A stretch of DNA of 64,000 nt from an uncultured Clostridia bacterium (lineage in GTDB: Bacteria; Bacillota; Clostridia; UBA1212), in the NCBI GenBank assembly GCA_947304585.1, contig CAMZBI010000001.1, positions 25,501-89,500 on the forward strand, in the 5' to 3' direction. The position numbers were made by a program, and so were the translations under genes. The first letter of the stretch is position 1. Every line of letters starts with the position of its first letter. This document shows, in pieces, positions 42,756 to 52,201 of this stretch. Below the pieces are notes generated by a model. That model was not told the DNA's origin and did not search any database. It worked only from the letters and a program-made list of their open reading frames with translations.

Positions 42756-43254
42756 CATATGCATCTATTTGGTCTGAACACTGTATCTATTTAGGATGTA
42801 CAGTAGGGTAAAAACGGGCCTCTGCATCTAAATCGACCACACACCACACACAGAATCAAGGGGTAGCCTTCGCGGTTACCCCTTGATTCTGTGTTGAAAC
42901 AATAGCGTGGGATTCGAACCCGGGGCCCCCGAAAGATTTGGCGAAAAGGCTTTAATAACGCCAATTCTTTGTGGGGATAAGGAGCCGCAGAGACGCAAAC
43001 GAAGTGATTCAAGCGAATTTATTCATAAAATGCTTGGATCACGAAGTCGGCGGCTCTTGCGGCGACGCATTCGTACGCTATTGAGGCTTTTCAAACACGG
43101 GTTTTAAGACTGAAAAACAGTCTTTTTTACAGGTTTTTCAAAAGATTTTTTACCGAAATCAACGACCGGTTTCCGGGAAATCCGAGACCGGGATCAAGAC
43201 AAATAACAACGATCTGTTGCCGACTGAGTGATGAAAATTCAGCCGGCTTTTTGG
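42756..43254 (+). repeat. structured modular repeat, copy C
   Basis: Near-identical architecture to copy B, but the 5' hairpin is ACAGAATCAAGGGGTAGCC-TTCGC-GGTTACCCCTTGATTCTGT. Confidence 0.75.
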
Positions 43255-43344
43255 TTTGTTCGAAATGTTTGATTTTTGGCGTTGTTTAGAGTAAGATAGT
43301 TTTGAAATCTAACAGTTCGATAAACAGGGATTTGTGAGGATGTT

Positions 43345-43812
43345 ATGATCATCAGAAGAATCGAGCCAGAAGATGCAGAAAAGGTATCTGCTTTGATCGC
43401 CAGGACGCTCAGAGAAGTCAACATCAAAGACTATTCGAGCGAATACATAGAAAAGATTGTTCAGGAATTACAGCCTAAAGACATCCTGGAACGTGCGAAA
43501 TGGACTCATTTTTATGTAGTATGTGATGAGGACAGAATTGTGGGCTGCGGGGCAATCGGTCCGTACTGGGGCAAGGTGGACGAAAGCAGTTTCTTCACTA
43601 TCTTCGTTTTGCCCGAGTATCAGGTGCAGGGAATCGGAAGAAAGATCATAGATACTTTGGAAAAAGACGAATATTTCCTTCGTGCGAACAGAATTGAAAT
43701 ACCTGCCTCGATCACTGCAACTCCCTTTTATATAAAAATGGGATACACATATAAAAACGGAATTAGTGTACCGGATGAAGAAGGTCTTATACGCTTAGAA
43801 AAGCATAGATAA
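43345..43812 (+). CDS. GNAT family N-acetyltransferase
   Basis: Acetyl-CoA-binding motif …VLPEYQVQGIGRKII…. Confidence 0.8.
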   Translation: MIIRRIEPEDAEKVSALIARTLREVNIKDYSSEYIEKIVQELQPKDILERAKWTHFYVVCDEDRIVGCGAIGPYWGKVDESSFFTIFVLPEYQVQGIGRKIIDTLEKDEYFLRANRIEIPASITATPFYIKMGYTYKNGISVPDEEGLIRLEKHR

Positions 43813-44034
43813 AGACATATTCCGGTTTGTCAAAATAAAACCATCCCGCAAAAAAGCATAGGGCCTGTGGAAAGTGATAACATTATTGATTATTGATTCC
43901 GCAGTTTCCTTTTTGCACACTGTTTGCCTTCTTTTGCAATTGCAAATACACCCATTATTTCTTAGAATATGAACACTGCATGATGCTGTTCACTTTTGAG
44001 AGAGGTTTCCGAAAAACGGAAAGATGGCGCTTTT

Positions 44035-45576
44035 ATGAAGAAATTGATCGCATTTTTGATTTGCTTGCTGGTCCTGATGTCTGCTGCTGAGATCTGTTCC
44101 TTCGGGATGAGCGACGAAAAGCTTGACGGCGAGATCTCCCGCACCACGGAAATTATTCGCAAAGGAGTTGTCTGCACCCATATATCCCTTGGCGACAGTT
44201 CCAAGTATAAGAGGCAGGAGATATGGGTCGTCGAGTTCGATCCGCAAGATCCCGTCTTCGACTTGCAGGTTACCTGCGGCGGGAAGTACACGACGAAGCT
44301 TGTGACCGTGGAGGAAACAGTCAAAAGGTTCAAAGACGCCAACGTTGACAAAGGACTGGTCCCCGTTGTTGCGATCAACGGCGATATATGGACAACGTCT
44401 TACGCCCATGCGAGGATACTGGGCAGCGGAACGGAATACGGAGGTTTCAGCGACCCCGTGGTTACCCACGCAATGACACTTCCGAGGGGCCTTGATATCT
44501 ATGACGGAGAGATCGTTTCCAGCCCTCACACCGCCAAGGAGACCCCCTACGAGAGGCAGCTGCACGCCTTTGGCATTACGCCGGACGGCAGGACCGTTCT
44601 GGGCACGCCAAGCCTCAAAATACGCCTTAACGACCTCTCGCTTAATGGCTTTGAGGAGGTCGACATCTCGGGGCTCAACAGGCTTCCCGCTAAGAATACG
44701 ATCATGATCTACTCCGACAAAGTTGGGGAAGACACGGCTGCGCTTGACGACGCCTATGAGATAGTGATCGACTGTGACTACGATTACGTGATAAAACACG
44801 GCGCCGCGATAAAGGGCAGGGTCACCGCCATCTGCAAAGAAGGCGACGAAGATCCTAAAATGCAGGAAAACCGCCTGATCGTGACTGCAAGGGGGACAAG
44901 ATACGTCCAAAAAGTCAAAAACATCAGGGTCGGAGACGACGTGGAAGTGTCCTTCGAGATCTCAGACGCCAAGAACGACGGCGATATATGGTCACAGGTG
45001 ACCAACTGCGTCGGCGGCCATACGATATTGGTGAAAAAAGGCAAAGCGGTGGCAAACACCGATTCGGACGTGATCCCCGCAACAGCCATCGGGAACACCG
45101 CTGACGGGCACGTTATGTTCCTGGTGTGCGACGGGCGGCGGAAAGATTATTCGGTCGGCCTCAAGATCAGCGATATGCCCGGACTGTGCAAAGCTCTCGG
45201 TTATGAAAACTGCTTTCTCGTTGACGGGGGCGGCAGTTCGACTCTTTTGAAGGAAAGCGGGGATGGAAACTATGAAGTCGTCAACGTGCCCTGCGACAAA
45301 TATGAAGACGGCACGTACGGAAAACCCCGGACCGTCGTTAATTCAATCATTTTGTCGTTTATAGACGAGAGCCTTATCCCGACTCCGGAACCCGTTCAGA
45401 CTCCAACCGCAGAAGAACCGACCGATCCTGCGGCGGAAACTCCGACGACCGGCGGGGACTCCGAAAAAACCGGATGCGGCTCCTCCGTCACAGCTCTTGC
45501 AGTACTTCTGACCGCAACTGCCGCAATGTTTGCTTTGATAAAAAAACCGGAGGTTCACAAGTCAAAAGGCCGTTGA
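44035..45576 (+). CDS. secreted phosphodiester glycosidase-like (DUF2233/NAGPA-like) protein with C-terminal membrane anchor
   Basis: Signal peptide MKKLIAFLICLLVLMSAA; …GGHTILVKKG…FLVCDGRR…FLVDGGGSSTL… core; C-terminal TPTTGGDS + TM + KKPEVHKSKGR. Confidence 0.55.
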   Translation: MKKLIAFLICLLVLMSAAEICSFGMSDEKLDGEISRTTEIIRKGVVCTHISLGDSSKYKRQEIWVVEFDPQDPVFDLQVTCGGKYTTKLVTVEETVKRFKDANVDKGLVPVVAINGDIWTTSYAHARILGSGTEYGGFSDPVVTHAMTLPRGLDIYDGEIVSSPHTAKETPYERQLHAFGITPDGRTVLGTPSLKIRLNDLSLNGFEEVDISGLNRLPAKNTIMIYSDKVGEDTAALDDAYEIVIDCDYDYVIKHGAAIKGRVTAICKEGDEDPKMQENRLIVTARGTRYVQKVKNIRVGDDVEVSFEISDAKNDGDIWSQVTNCVGGHTILVKKGKAVANTDSDVIPATAIGNTADGHVMFLVCDGRRKDYSVGLKISDMPGLCKALGYENCFLVDGGGSSTLLKESGDGNYEVVNVPCDKYEDGTYGKPRTVVNSIILSFIDESLIPTPEPVQTPTAEEPTDPAAETPTTGGDSEKTGCGSSVTALAVLLTATAAMFALIKKPEVHKSKGR

Positions 45577-46443
45577 TGACTGCTCTCCGGCATCTGTTGG
45601 GGAAACGGGACCCGACCGGATCTTGACGGAGGAGGGGGAGATTCCGAAATGTTTGACAAAGGATTTGTAGAACACCGAGTAATCCCCGAAACCGCACCTT
45701 GATGCCGCAGTCTTAATGCTGCAGCCTTCCGATATGAGATTGTAGGCCAGATCAAGCTTTTTTACGGTGATATATTGCCAAACGGATATGCCCAGGGCAT
45801 CGCGGAAAAGCCGGTTCACGTGGGAGTTGCTGTAATGGAACACTGATTCGATAAACGACAGATCGGATATCATGTTGAGATTGTCGCCAATGTAGTCGAT
45901 CACCGCGTTCAGAAGCTCTGTGCCCCCGTTCTTTTTGCCCTTATATTCAAACGCAATACCGTTTTTCCGGACCGCATTGTGACAAAGTTCATAAAGTACA
46001 GCCTTAATATACGTGAAGTACATTTCCGGGTTCGTATCCGAACGCTCGTCGCAGATACGGCTCATACATGAAACGACTGTCGGGTAGATCGCGCTGTCTA
46101 CCGTAAGAACAGCTCCGCTTTTGCTCTTGCACAGATCTGCAAGGCCGGCAAGCACATTGTCGAGTTCCGCATTTTTGCAGGCTTTGGGAATAAACTGCAC
46201 AGCGAAAAATTCAAACGGCGCTTCATTTATCAAAAGGCCGTGGGATTCATTTTCAATCATGAATGCGACGTCATTGGCGCCAAGTTCATACTCCGTGCCG
46301 CCGATAACGATCCCGCATTTTCCCTTTGTAACGACAAGTATTTCATGCGAGGTGTGGCTGTGAACGGGATATGAAAAGCCGTCAGCGCTTTTTTCGACTT
46401 TATGAACAGTGTATAATCCGTACATCTCCATATTGTGCATCAC
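45562..46443 (-). CDS. AraC family transcriptional regulator (cupin + HTH)
   Basis: C-terminal AraC HTH (…IKTAASRCGFGDYSVFYKSFVKHFGISP…). Confidence 0.85.
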   Translation of the reverse strand: MMHNMEMYGLYTVHKVEKSADGFSYPVHSHTSHEILVVTKGKCGIVIGGTEYELGANDVAFMIENESHGLLINEAPFEFFAVQFIPKACKNAELDNVLAGLADLCKSKSGAVLTVDSAIYPTVVSCMSRICDERSDTNPEMYFTYIKAVLYELCHNAVRKNGIAFEYKGKKNGGTELLNAVIDYIGDNLNMISDLSFIESVFHYSNSHVNRLFRDALGISVWQYITVKKLDLAYNLISEGCSIKTAASRCGFGDYSVFYKSFVKHFGISPSSVKIRSGPVSPTDAGEQSSTAF

Positions 46444-46561
46444 CCGCTTCGATTATATTAAAACAGTATCGTTATTGCAATATCGCTTCACGGTTTTGCA
46501 ATTGTAATTGCAATCATTATGAAGTAATCTTATTTCATACTTTTGTTTGGAGGACGCAGCA

Positions 46562-49500
46562 ATGAAAAAACGGATTCGAGGGTTTCTCTGTATTCTGTTG
46601 GGCATAGTGATGATATTGCTCTACGGCTGTGACGGGACAGGCAACGGCCCCGGAAGAGTATACGTTTTTGACGACGGCATAACAGAAGACAGAGGTCAGG
46701 CGGGCACGGAAACGAAGGAGCCGCAGATCTATTCGTACACTCAGAATTTTGACCAAAGGATAAAGGCAAACGATCCCGACTGGTACGTAAATTCCGAGGG
46801 GACCTTCGAGGACGGAGTGTTCAAGAGCAAAACGAATCACGCCTATTTTGCCTCAAAACACAAGATAAAAACTGATGTATTTGTCGCCGAATGGGACGTC
46901 AATACGGACAGAAAAGGCAATACCGATAACGTTTCCGAATACATAGGACTGAGGCTTCCGGGATACGATGATCAGTTCGCCGCCGTCGGGTCCAACGGCA
47001 TCTGGTTCCTGTTTCACAATAACAAAGTCGGAATAATAGACACCTGGCCGACAGTTAAATCGTTTAAGGTTGACGTCGATTTCTCAAAAACGCAGCGCGT
47101 CAGAGTTACCGACAATACCGTTGACAACATCATTACTTTTGAAGTGCAGCAGGAGGGTGAATTCCGGCCTCTCTTTTCTGCGGTGATCGAAGACGGGAAA
47201 AACGTTTTTGTGAAGGACGTGAACGGTAAAGACAGGATCAAAGCCAAATTCACTTATGATATTGACACAAAGGGCTATTTTTCTCTCTGGTCAAGCGGGG
47301 GCAATTCGGGAAGCGCATACATTGACAATGTTGAGATCAATTGGAAAGAAGCTTTGCCGGAGCAATACCATCCTGCGGATATTACTCTTTTGCGCGACCT
47401 GTACTCCGACACCTGGGTAGCGACTGACGACCTTGACAGAACGGTTTCTGACGGCGCCGCTGCACCCCGCGACAAGCTTGTGGGAATGTTTTACCAGATC
47501 TGGTTTACGCCAACGAGCGTGACCTATTCCGATCAAAAAATATACGATCACAACAAGATCTATCATGAGGGCGGTTTTGAAGCCCTCAAAAAGGCCTACG
47601 ATAAAGGTCCGCAGGGCTGGGGCCACTACTGGGGAGAGCCCTATTTCGGCTATTATCTCACCAATGACAAATGGATAATCCGGAAGCACGCGTCAATGCT
47701 TTCGGACATTGGCGTGGATTTCATATTTCTTGACGTTACAAACGGCAACTCCCAGACCACGAGCTACCGCGCAATATTCAAGGAGTACGAGCAGATGCGC
47801 AAAGAGGGCCTTGATACGCCTGACATTTGTTTCTTCATTGCCGACAACACAAGTCTTGTGGAGAACGTTTTTCTTGACATTTGGGACGACGTTTATTCCA
47901 CCGGCCGGTACAGTGATCTTTACGTCATGTACGACGGAAAGCCCCTTATCCTTGGCAATTTGTCGGAACTGTCTGAAGAGGCAAGTGCGATCGCCAATGA
48001 GAATTTCACCTGGCGCCGCTGCTGGGCGCTCCGGGAAAACGTAAAAGACGGAAAGGATTTCTGGACCTGGATGCACGAGACGCCTCAGGTCGCGTCCTAT
48101 AACTCGAAAAAAGGCAATGCGGTGGAGGAGATCTCTATATCCGCAGGAATACTTGCCAATACGAGCACGGGCAGAAGTTTCTCAAACGGCAAACAGCCCG
48201 GAGTCGGCACGCTCCCTGACGGTACGAAGGATTATTTCCAGTTCAACCTCGAAACGACGGGACAGGGTCTGCTGTTTAAAGAGCAAATGCAACGGGCTCA
48301 AGAGGTAGATCCATATGTTGTTCTTATCAACGAGTGGAACGAGTGGATCGCGGGGCGCTGGGAGGGAACGGGGCATCCCACGATTGCCAACACATACGTA
48401 TCATGGTCCGACAGCTTTTACGTTGACTGCTTCGATCCGGAATTCAGCCGCGACATCGAGCCGATGAAGGGCGGATTTGGCGATAATTATTATTATCAGC
48501 TGGCTGCATTCCTGCGTACCTTTAAGGGCGGACGTACCGCTCCTGCAGCCTCCGGCCAGCACGAAATATCGCTTAACGGGGGGCTTGACCAGTGGTCAGA
48601 CGTATGGCCCGAATACCGCGATACGACGGGCGATACGCTCCACAGGGATTCGCTTGGCTACGGCGGACTGGTATCTTATAAGAACGACAGCGGCAGGAAC
48701 GATATCGTCAGCGCGAAAGTTTCAAGAGCCAACGGAAAAACGTACTTCCTGGCGGTATGCGCGGATTCGCTGACTCCCCGGGAAGGCGAAAACTGGATGA
48801 ACCTTTTCATTGATACCGACGGCAATTCCGCCAACGGCTGGCACGGATACGATCTGATCATAAACCGCGACAACGGCTCTATCGAAAAGTTCACGGACGG
48901 ATGGAATATGCAGAAGACCGGTCAGTGCGAACTGTTTGCAGGCGAGAACTATCTGGTGCTCGCAGTCGACGACGCTTCCTGCGGCCTTGGCGCTGATTTT
49001 AACTTCAAATGGTCCGACAACTCCACCACCACAGGCGAGATAATGCAGTTCCTTGACCTTGGGGACGCCGCTCCGAATGCCCGGTTCAACTATGCGTACA
49101 GAACAAAAGCAAAAGAAACAAAGCTTACCGCCAATGTCAAGACCGTTGTCGGCGCAGGCGCTTCGTTTACAGCGAACAGACCTTACGCTTTGTCTGACGG
49201 GAAAATCGCGGCTGTCTACGGTGCGGATACGGCGGTCCTGCCGGAGATGCATAAAAACAGGCTGTTTGTACCCGCCTCTTCCCTAGACATCATCAAAGAT
49301 ATGACGGTCACGGTATCGGGCGGTACCGCAACCGTAAAGTATAAAAACAAGACTTTTGTTTTCGAGGACGGCAACAAAGAAGTGAAACGCGGCAATGATA
49401 CCTATCAGATACCTGTGGCGCCTTACGTAAAAGGCAACGTCCTGTACGTTCCGCTCAATGCCGCCGCATTTATTGCCGGATTGAATTACGTGCAAAATGA

Positions 49501-49588
49501 TCTTGGCGTTGCGATCGTTACTCCCGCCAAACTGCCAAATGAAGATAAAGTCAATGGGGCGTTAAACGAACTGTATATTTCGTATTGA
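46562..49588 (+). CDS. large secreted lipoprotein, glycoside-hydrolase-like core plus C-terminal copper-amine-oxidase-N-like domain
   Basis: Signal/lipobox …LLYGCDG; GGAGG RBS. C-terminal …YQIPVAPYVKGNVLYVPLNAAA… resembles the Cu-amine-oxidase N-domain of clostridial surface proteins. Catalytic family unresolved. Confidence 0.45.
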   Translation: MKKRIRGFLCILLGIVMILLYGCDGTGNGPGRVYVFDDGITEDRGQAGTETKEPQIYSYTQNFDQRIKANDPDWYVNSEGTFEDGVFKSKTNHAYFASKHKIKTDVFVAEWDVNTDRKGNTDNVSEYIGLRLPGYDDQFAAVGSNGIWFLFHNNKVGIIDTWPTVKSFKVDVDFSKTQRVRVTDNTVDNIITFEVQQEGEFRPLFSAVIEDGKNVFVKDVNGKDRIKAKFTYDIDTKGYFSLWSSGGNSGSAYIDNVEINWKEALPEQYHPADITLLRDLYSDTWVATDDLDRTVSDGAAAPRDKLVGMFYQIWFTPTSVTYSDQKIYDHNKIYHEGGFEALKKAYDKGPQGWGHYWGEPYFGYYLTNDKWIIRKHASMLSDIGVDFIFLDVTNGNSQTTSYRAIFKEYEQMRKEGLDTPDICFFIADNTSLVENVFLDIWDDVYSTGRYSDLYVMYDGKPLILGNLSELSEEASAIANENFTWRRCWALRENVKDGKDFWTWMHETPQVASYNSKKGNAVEEISISAGILANTSTGRSFSNGKQPGVGTLPDGTKDYFQFNLETTGQGLLFKEQMQRAQEVDPYVVLINEWNEWIAGRWEGTGHPTIANTYVSWSDSFYVDCFDPEFSRDIEPMKGGFGDNYYYQLAAFLRTFKGGRTAPAASGQHEISLNGGLDQWSDVWPEYRDTTGDTLHRDSLGYGGLVSYKNDSGRNDIVSAKVSRANGKTYFLAVCADSLTPREGENWMNLFIDTDGNSANGWHGYDLIINRDNGSIEKFTDGWNMQKTGQCELFAGENYLVLAVDDASCGLGADFNFKWSDNSTTTGEIMQFLDLGDAAPNARFNYAYRTKAKETKLTANVKTVVGAGASFTANRPYALSDGKIAAVYGADTAVLPEMHKNRLFVPASSLDIIKDMTVTVSGGTATVKYKNKTFVFEDGNKEVKRGNDTYQIPVAPYVKGNVLYVPLNAAAFIAGLNYVQNDLGVAIVTPAKLPNEDKVNGALNELYISY

Positions 49589-49629
49589 CCGTACTCGTTT
49601 GAATACGGGAAGAGTCTTCCTTCAGCGCC

Positions 49630-49740
49630 GCACCTGTTTGGTCTGCATACAGTATCTTTTTATATGCACACGCAGAAATCGGCTATTTTTAGCCGATTGG
49701 AGCGGCTTGGAAAGCGATTTTTTGAGCAATGAAATAAAAA
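49630..49740 (+). repeat. partial copy (E) of the structured repeat
   Basis: TTTGGTCTGCATACAGTATC…GCACACGCAGAAATCGGCTATTTTTAGCCGATTGGAGCGGCTTGGAAAG matches the internal segment of copy D. Confidence 0.55.
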
Positions 49741-49819
49741 GAGACAAATGCCAATTATGGCGTTTTTGTGCTGTCGATTGCGGATCGGTAGGCATTGGCG
49801 CCAATGCTGCCGGATCGCA

Positions 49820-51238
49820 TCACCTTTTTCCCGCATCCTTGCCGATCCTGAAGATAAGATTGCCGTTTTCGTCATAGCCGGAATAAACGGTCTCCACGTT
49901 GAGTCCGATCGAATTAACAAGCGGGCCCTTATCATATACACTTTTCACGTATTCCGAAACTATGAGACAGTACTCACCGTAATCAATAACTGCAGTCGGC
50001 GTTCCTGCGTCAAAGTCCTGAAAACGACTGTCATTTGAGAAAATGAATGAACCGTTTATAATTCCCACTAACGATTCGTTGCGAAACATATTATCTGACA
50101 CTGTCGATCCGAGAACGTTAAGGTCGTAATCGATCTCCACGTTCATGTCGACAGCGAGAACGGTTTTACCGGAATCAACAAAATCACCGTCGGTCGACTG
50201 CGTTCTGACGAAAAGCATAAACCCGCCCTCAGAGGGTTTTGCATAGTTTAAATGATCAAAATCACTGCCTTTGAGGAAACCTCTTTTGATCTCTTGTCCG
50301 TCATCGGCGAGAATGATCATTATAACGTCGGTCTCTCCGTAGTCACGCCACTTCTGCTGATCACGATGCGTTCCGAAAAAGAAATATCTGCCTTCCCTTT
50401 CGATGCAGTTGTAAAACGAACTGCCCTCAAGGCCGTCAAATGCTTTATCAAACTGGAGATTTCCGAATCTGTCGCATTTTATGACTCTCGAGGCGTAACC
50501 TTCATCGCTCGCCCGTTTTTGATCCAAATAGTCATAAGTATAATCTTGAAAGCCGAGGACGAAAAGAAAGCCTCCGTCGGAAGTTGCGGTCAGTGTCGTG
50601 ACGATGTATGCGTCATCGCATTTCACGGTATACTCGGCAAGAACGTCGCCAAAGATATCGAGCATCGTTACCTTTTGAACGACCGTTCTCGTTTCCGGAT
50701 CTTTTTCAACGGTCTCACTTTTCAGCAGTCTGTCGGAAAAAGCTTTGGCGTCTTTAAAGGCGTTCTCATCGATGAGGCTCGTAAGCTCCGGCGGTATCGC
50801 GCCGCTGTCTGTCTCTCGAGGCGGGAAAACGTACCTGTTCCAGATTTCCTCAAGCATCTCGGGTGTCATTTCGGCGTTCCCGATCTCCTCGCAGGGAACA
50901 CTGTTTTTGATTACTTCCGCTGTTTTCTCATCCGTGAACCTTTTTTCTATGATATCGAAGAATACGTTTTTCATTTCTGTACGGCTGAGACCTTCCGAAT
51001 TCAGTCCGTTGTTTTCAAAGAAGGCTGAAGCAGCGTCAAAGGCCTTGGCTTCCGAATAGGCAAATACGCCTGCCACGGCAGCAAGTGCCGCGATTAGAAG
51101 AACGCATACGGACACGGGTATCCATCGTAAATGGTTCCGGCTGTTTTTTTTACTCGATCCTGAGTACGATCTCAAAGCACGGTCAGCCATTTCTTCGTCT
51201 ATACCGGCGAACGCGTCGAAAAGCTGGTTATCTTTCAT
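49820..51238 (-). CDS. single-pass membrane anti-sigma-like protein (paralog of 33002..35233)
   Basis: N-terminus MKDNQLFDAFAGIDEEM resembles MNEKDFREALSEIGNDV of the first partner; one TM helix; 4-nt overlap with the upstream regulator gene. Confidence 0.5.
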   Translation of the reverse strand: MKDNQLFDAFAGIDEEMADRALRSYSGSSKKNSRNHLRWIPVSVCVLLIAALAAVAGVFAYSEAKAFDAASAFFENNGLNSEGLSRTEMKNVFFDIIEKRFTDEKTAEVIKNSVPCEEIGNAEMTPEMLEEIWNRYVFPPRETDSGAIPPELTSLIDENAFKDAKAFSDRLLKSETVEKDPETRTVVQKVTMLDIFGDVLAEYTVKCDDAYIVTTLTATSDGGFLFVLGFQDYTYDYLDQKRASDEGYASRVIKCDRFGNLQFDKAFDGLEGSSFYNCIEREGRYFFFGTHRDQQKWRDYGETDVIMIILADDGQEIKRGFLKGSDFDHLNYAKPSEGGFMLFVRTQSTDGDFVDSGKTVLAVDMNVEIDYDLNVLGSTVSDNMFRNESLVGIINGSFIFSNDSRFQDFDAGTPTAVIDYGEYCLIVSEYVKSVYDKGPLVNSIGLNVETVYSGYDENGNLIFRIGKDAGKR

Positions 51239-51717
51239 TTTTTTGACTCCTTTATGTACCTTGCAAGTTTGGCTCTTGTCTTTGAGAGAATGCTCCTGAC
51301 GTGATTCTCGCGAATGCCGTACGCTTCAGCGATCTCGGCAGTGTTCTTCAGGTGATAGTAACGATTAATAAAAATATCAGCGTCCTTTTCCGGGATGCTC
51401 CTTAGAAAACGGTCCAAAACAACTGCCAGATCTGCGTCGCTGATTTCGATTCCGGCAAGGTTGCCGTCAAAGAGTTCTTTGAAAACAAGGTCGGTTGTAT
51501 CAACTATTTCGTCAACTTTGGCGTTAAATACTTCTGCTATTTTTTCGATCATACGATAATTCGGACGCCTCGTTCCGTTTTCCCATTTTGAGACCAGATC
51601 TCTTGAGACAAACAAACTGTCGGCAAGCACCTGCTGAGACATACCGTTTTTATTGCGCAATTCACTTATTTTTTTGCCGATATTCAGCGAAAACACCTCC
51701 TTTGACCATGATCGCAT
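51235..51717 (-). CDS. XRE-HTH + sigma-70 region 4 fusion regulator (paralog of 32517..33005)
   Basis: Same two-domain architecture (…GMSQQVLADSLFVSRDLVSKWENG… and …DIFINRYYHLKNTAEIAEAYGIRENHVRSILSKTRAKL). Confidence 0.65.
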   Translation of the reverse strand: MRSWSKEVFSLNIGKKISELRNKNGMSQQVLADSLFVSRDLVSKWENGTRRPNYRMIEKIAEVFNAKVDEIVDTTDLVFKELFDGNLAGIEISDADLAVVLDRFLRSIPEKDADIFINRYYHLKNTAEIAEAYGIRENHVRSILSKTRAKLARYIKESKK

Positions 51718-51900
51718 GTAAATTATACCTCATTGACGGTAACATAATAAGGGACAAAACGCACCCGGACCGGAAAGATTGTTTTCGTAAGCTTATTCCC
51801 CGAATTTTTTATGATTTTGGGAAATAATCCCGGTACTCTGATGATCCGAAGGTGCTCTCTTGCCAATGGGACAGGGAAGAAGTAAGCGGGACTCTTTACG

Positions 51901-52085
51901 GAGTTATGTACAGTACCCGCGAAAACCCTTAAAAACCCGGGAAAATACCGCCAAGAAATCTAAAACGACCACACCCCCCAAGGATAAAGACTCCTTCGCG
52001 GGGGCTTTTTCGTGGCGTTGTACAAGCGCTAAGAGGCCCCCGAAAGCGCTTGCACTTTTGGGAGGAGAAAAGCCGCAACGACGTT
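51901..52085 (+). repeat. partial copy (F) of the structured repeat, upstream of the AAA ATPase gene
   Basis: ATGTACAGTA…TCTAAAACGACCACAC; GACTCC-TTCGC-GGGGGTC hairpin; GAGGCCCCCGAAAGCGCTTGCACTTTTGGGAGGAG. Confidence 0.65.
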
Positions 52086-52201
52086 TTTGGATATGAATCA
52101 AATTCACTTGACAAATTGCGATTATGTATATATAATGCCAAAAACAAATTGCGATTACGTCGTGATTTGACCCAAAAGAAATTGCGACAGGAGATTACGC
52201 C

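Noticed and set aside
32100-43000. Reverse-oriented tRNA genes or tRNA pseudogenes inside the repeats, suggested by GGGATTCGAACCC (reverse complement of a T-arm identical to tRNA-Ala's).
   Set aside because: Attempts to fold the minus-strand sequence into a cloverleaf failed: no acceptor pairing, and the spacing is wrong. I treat the motif as a structural or ancestral fragment, not as tRNA genes.
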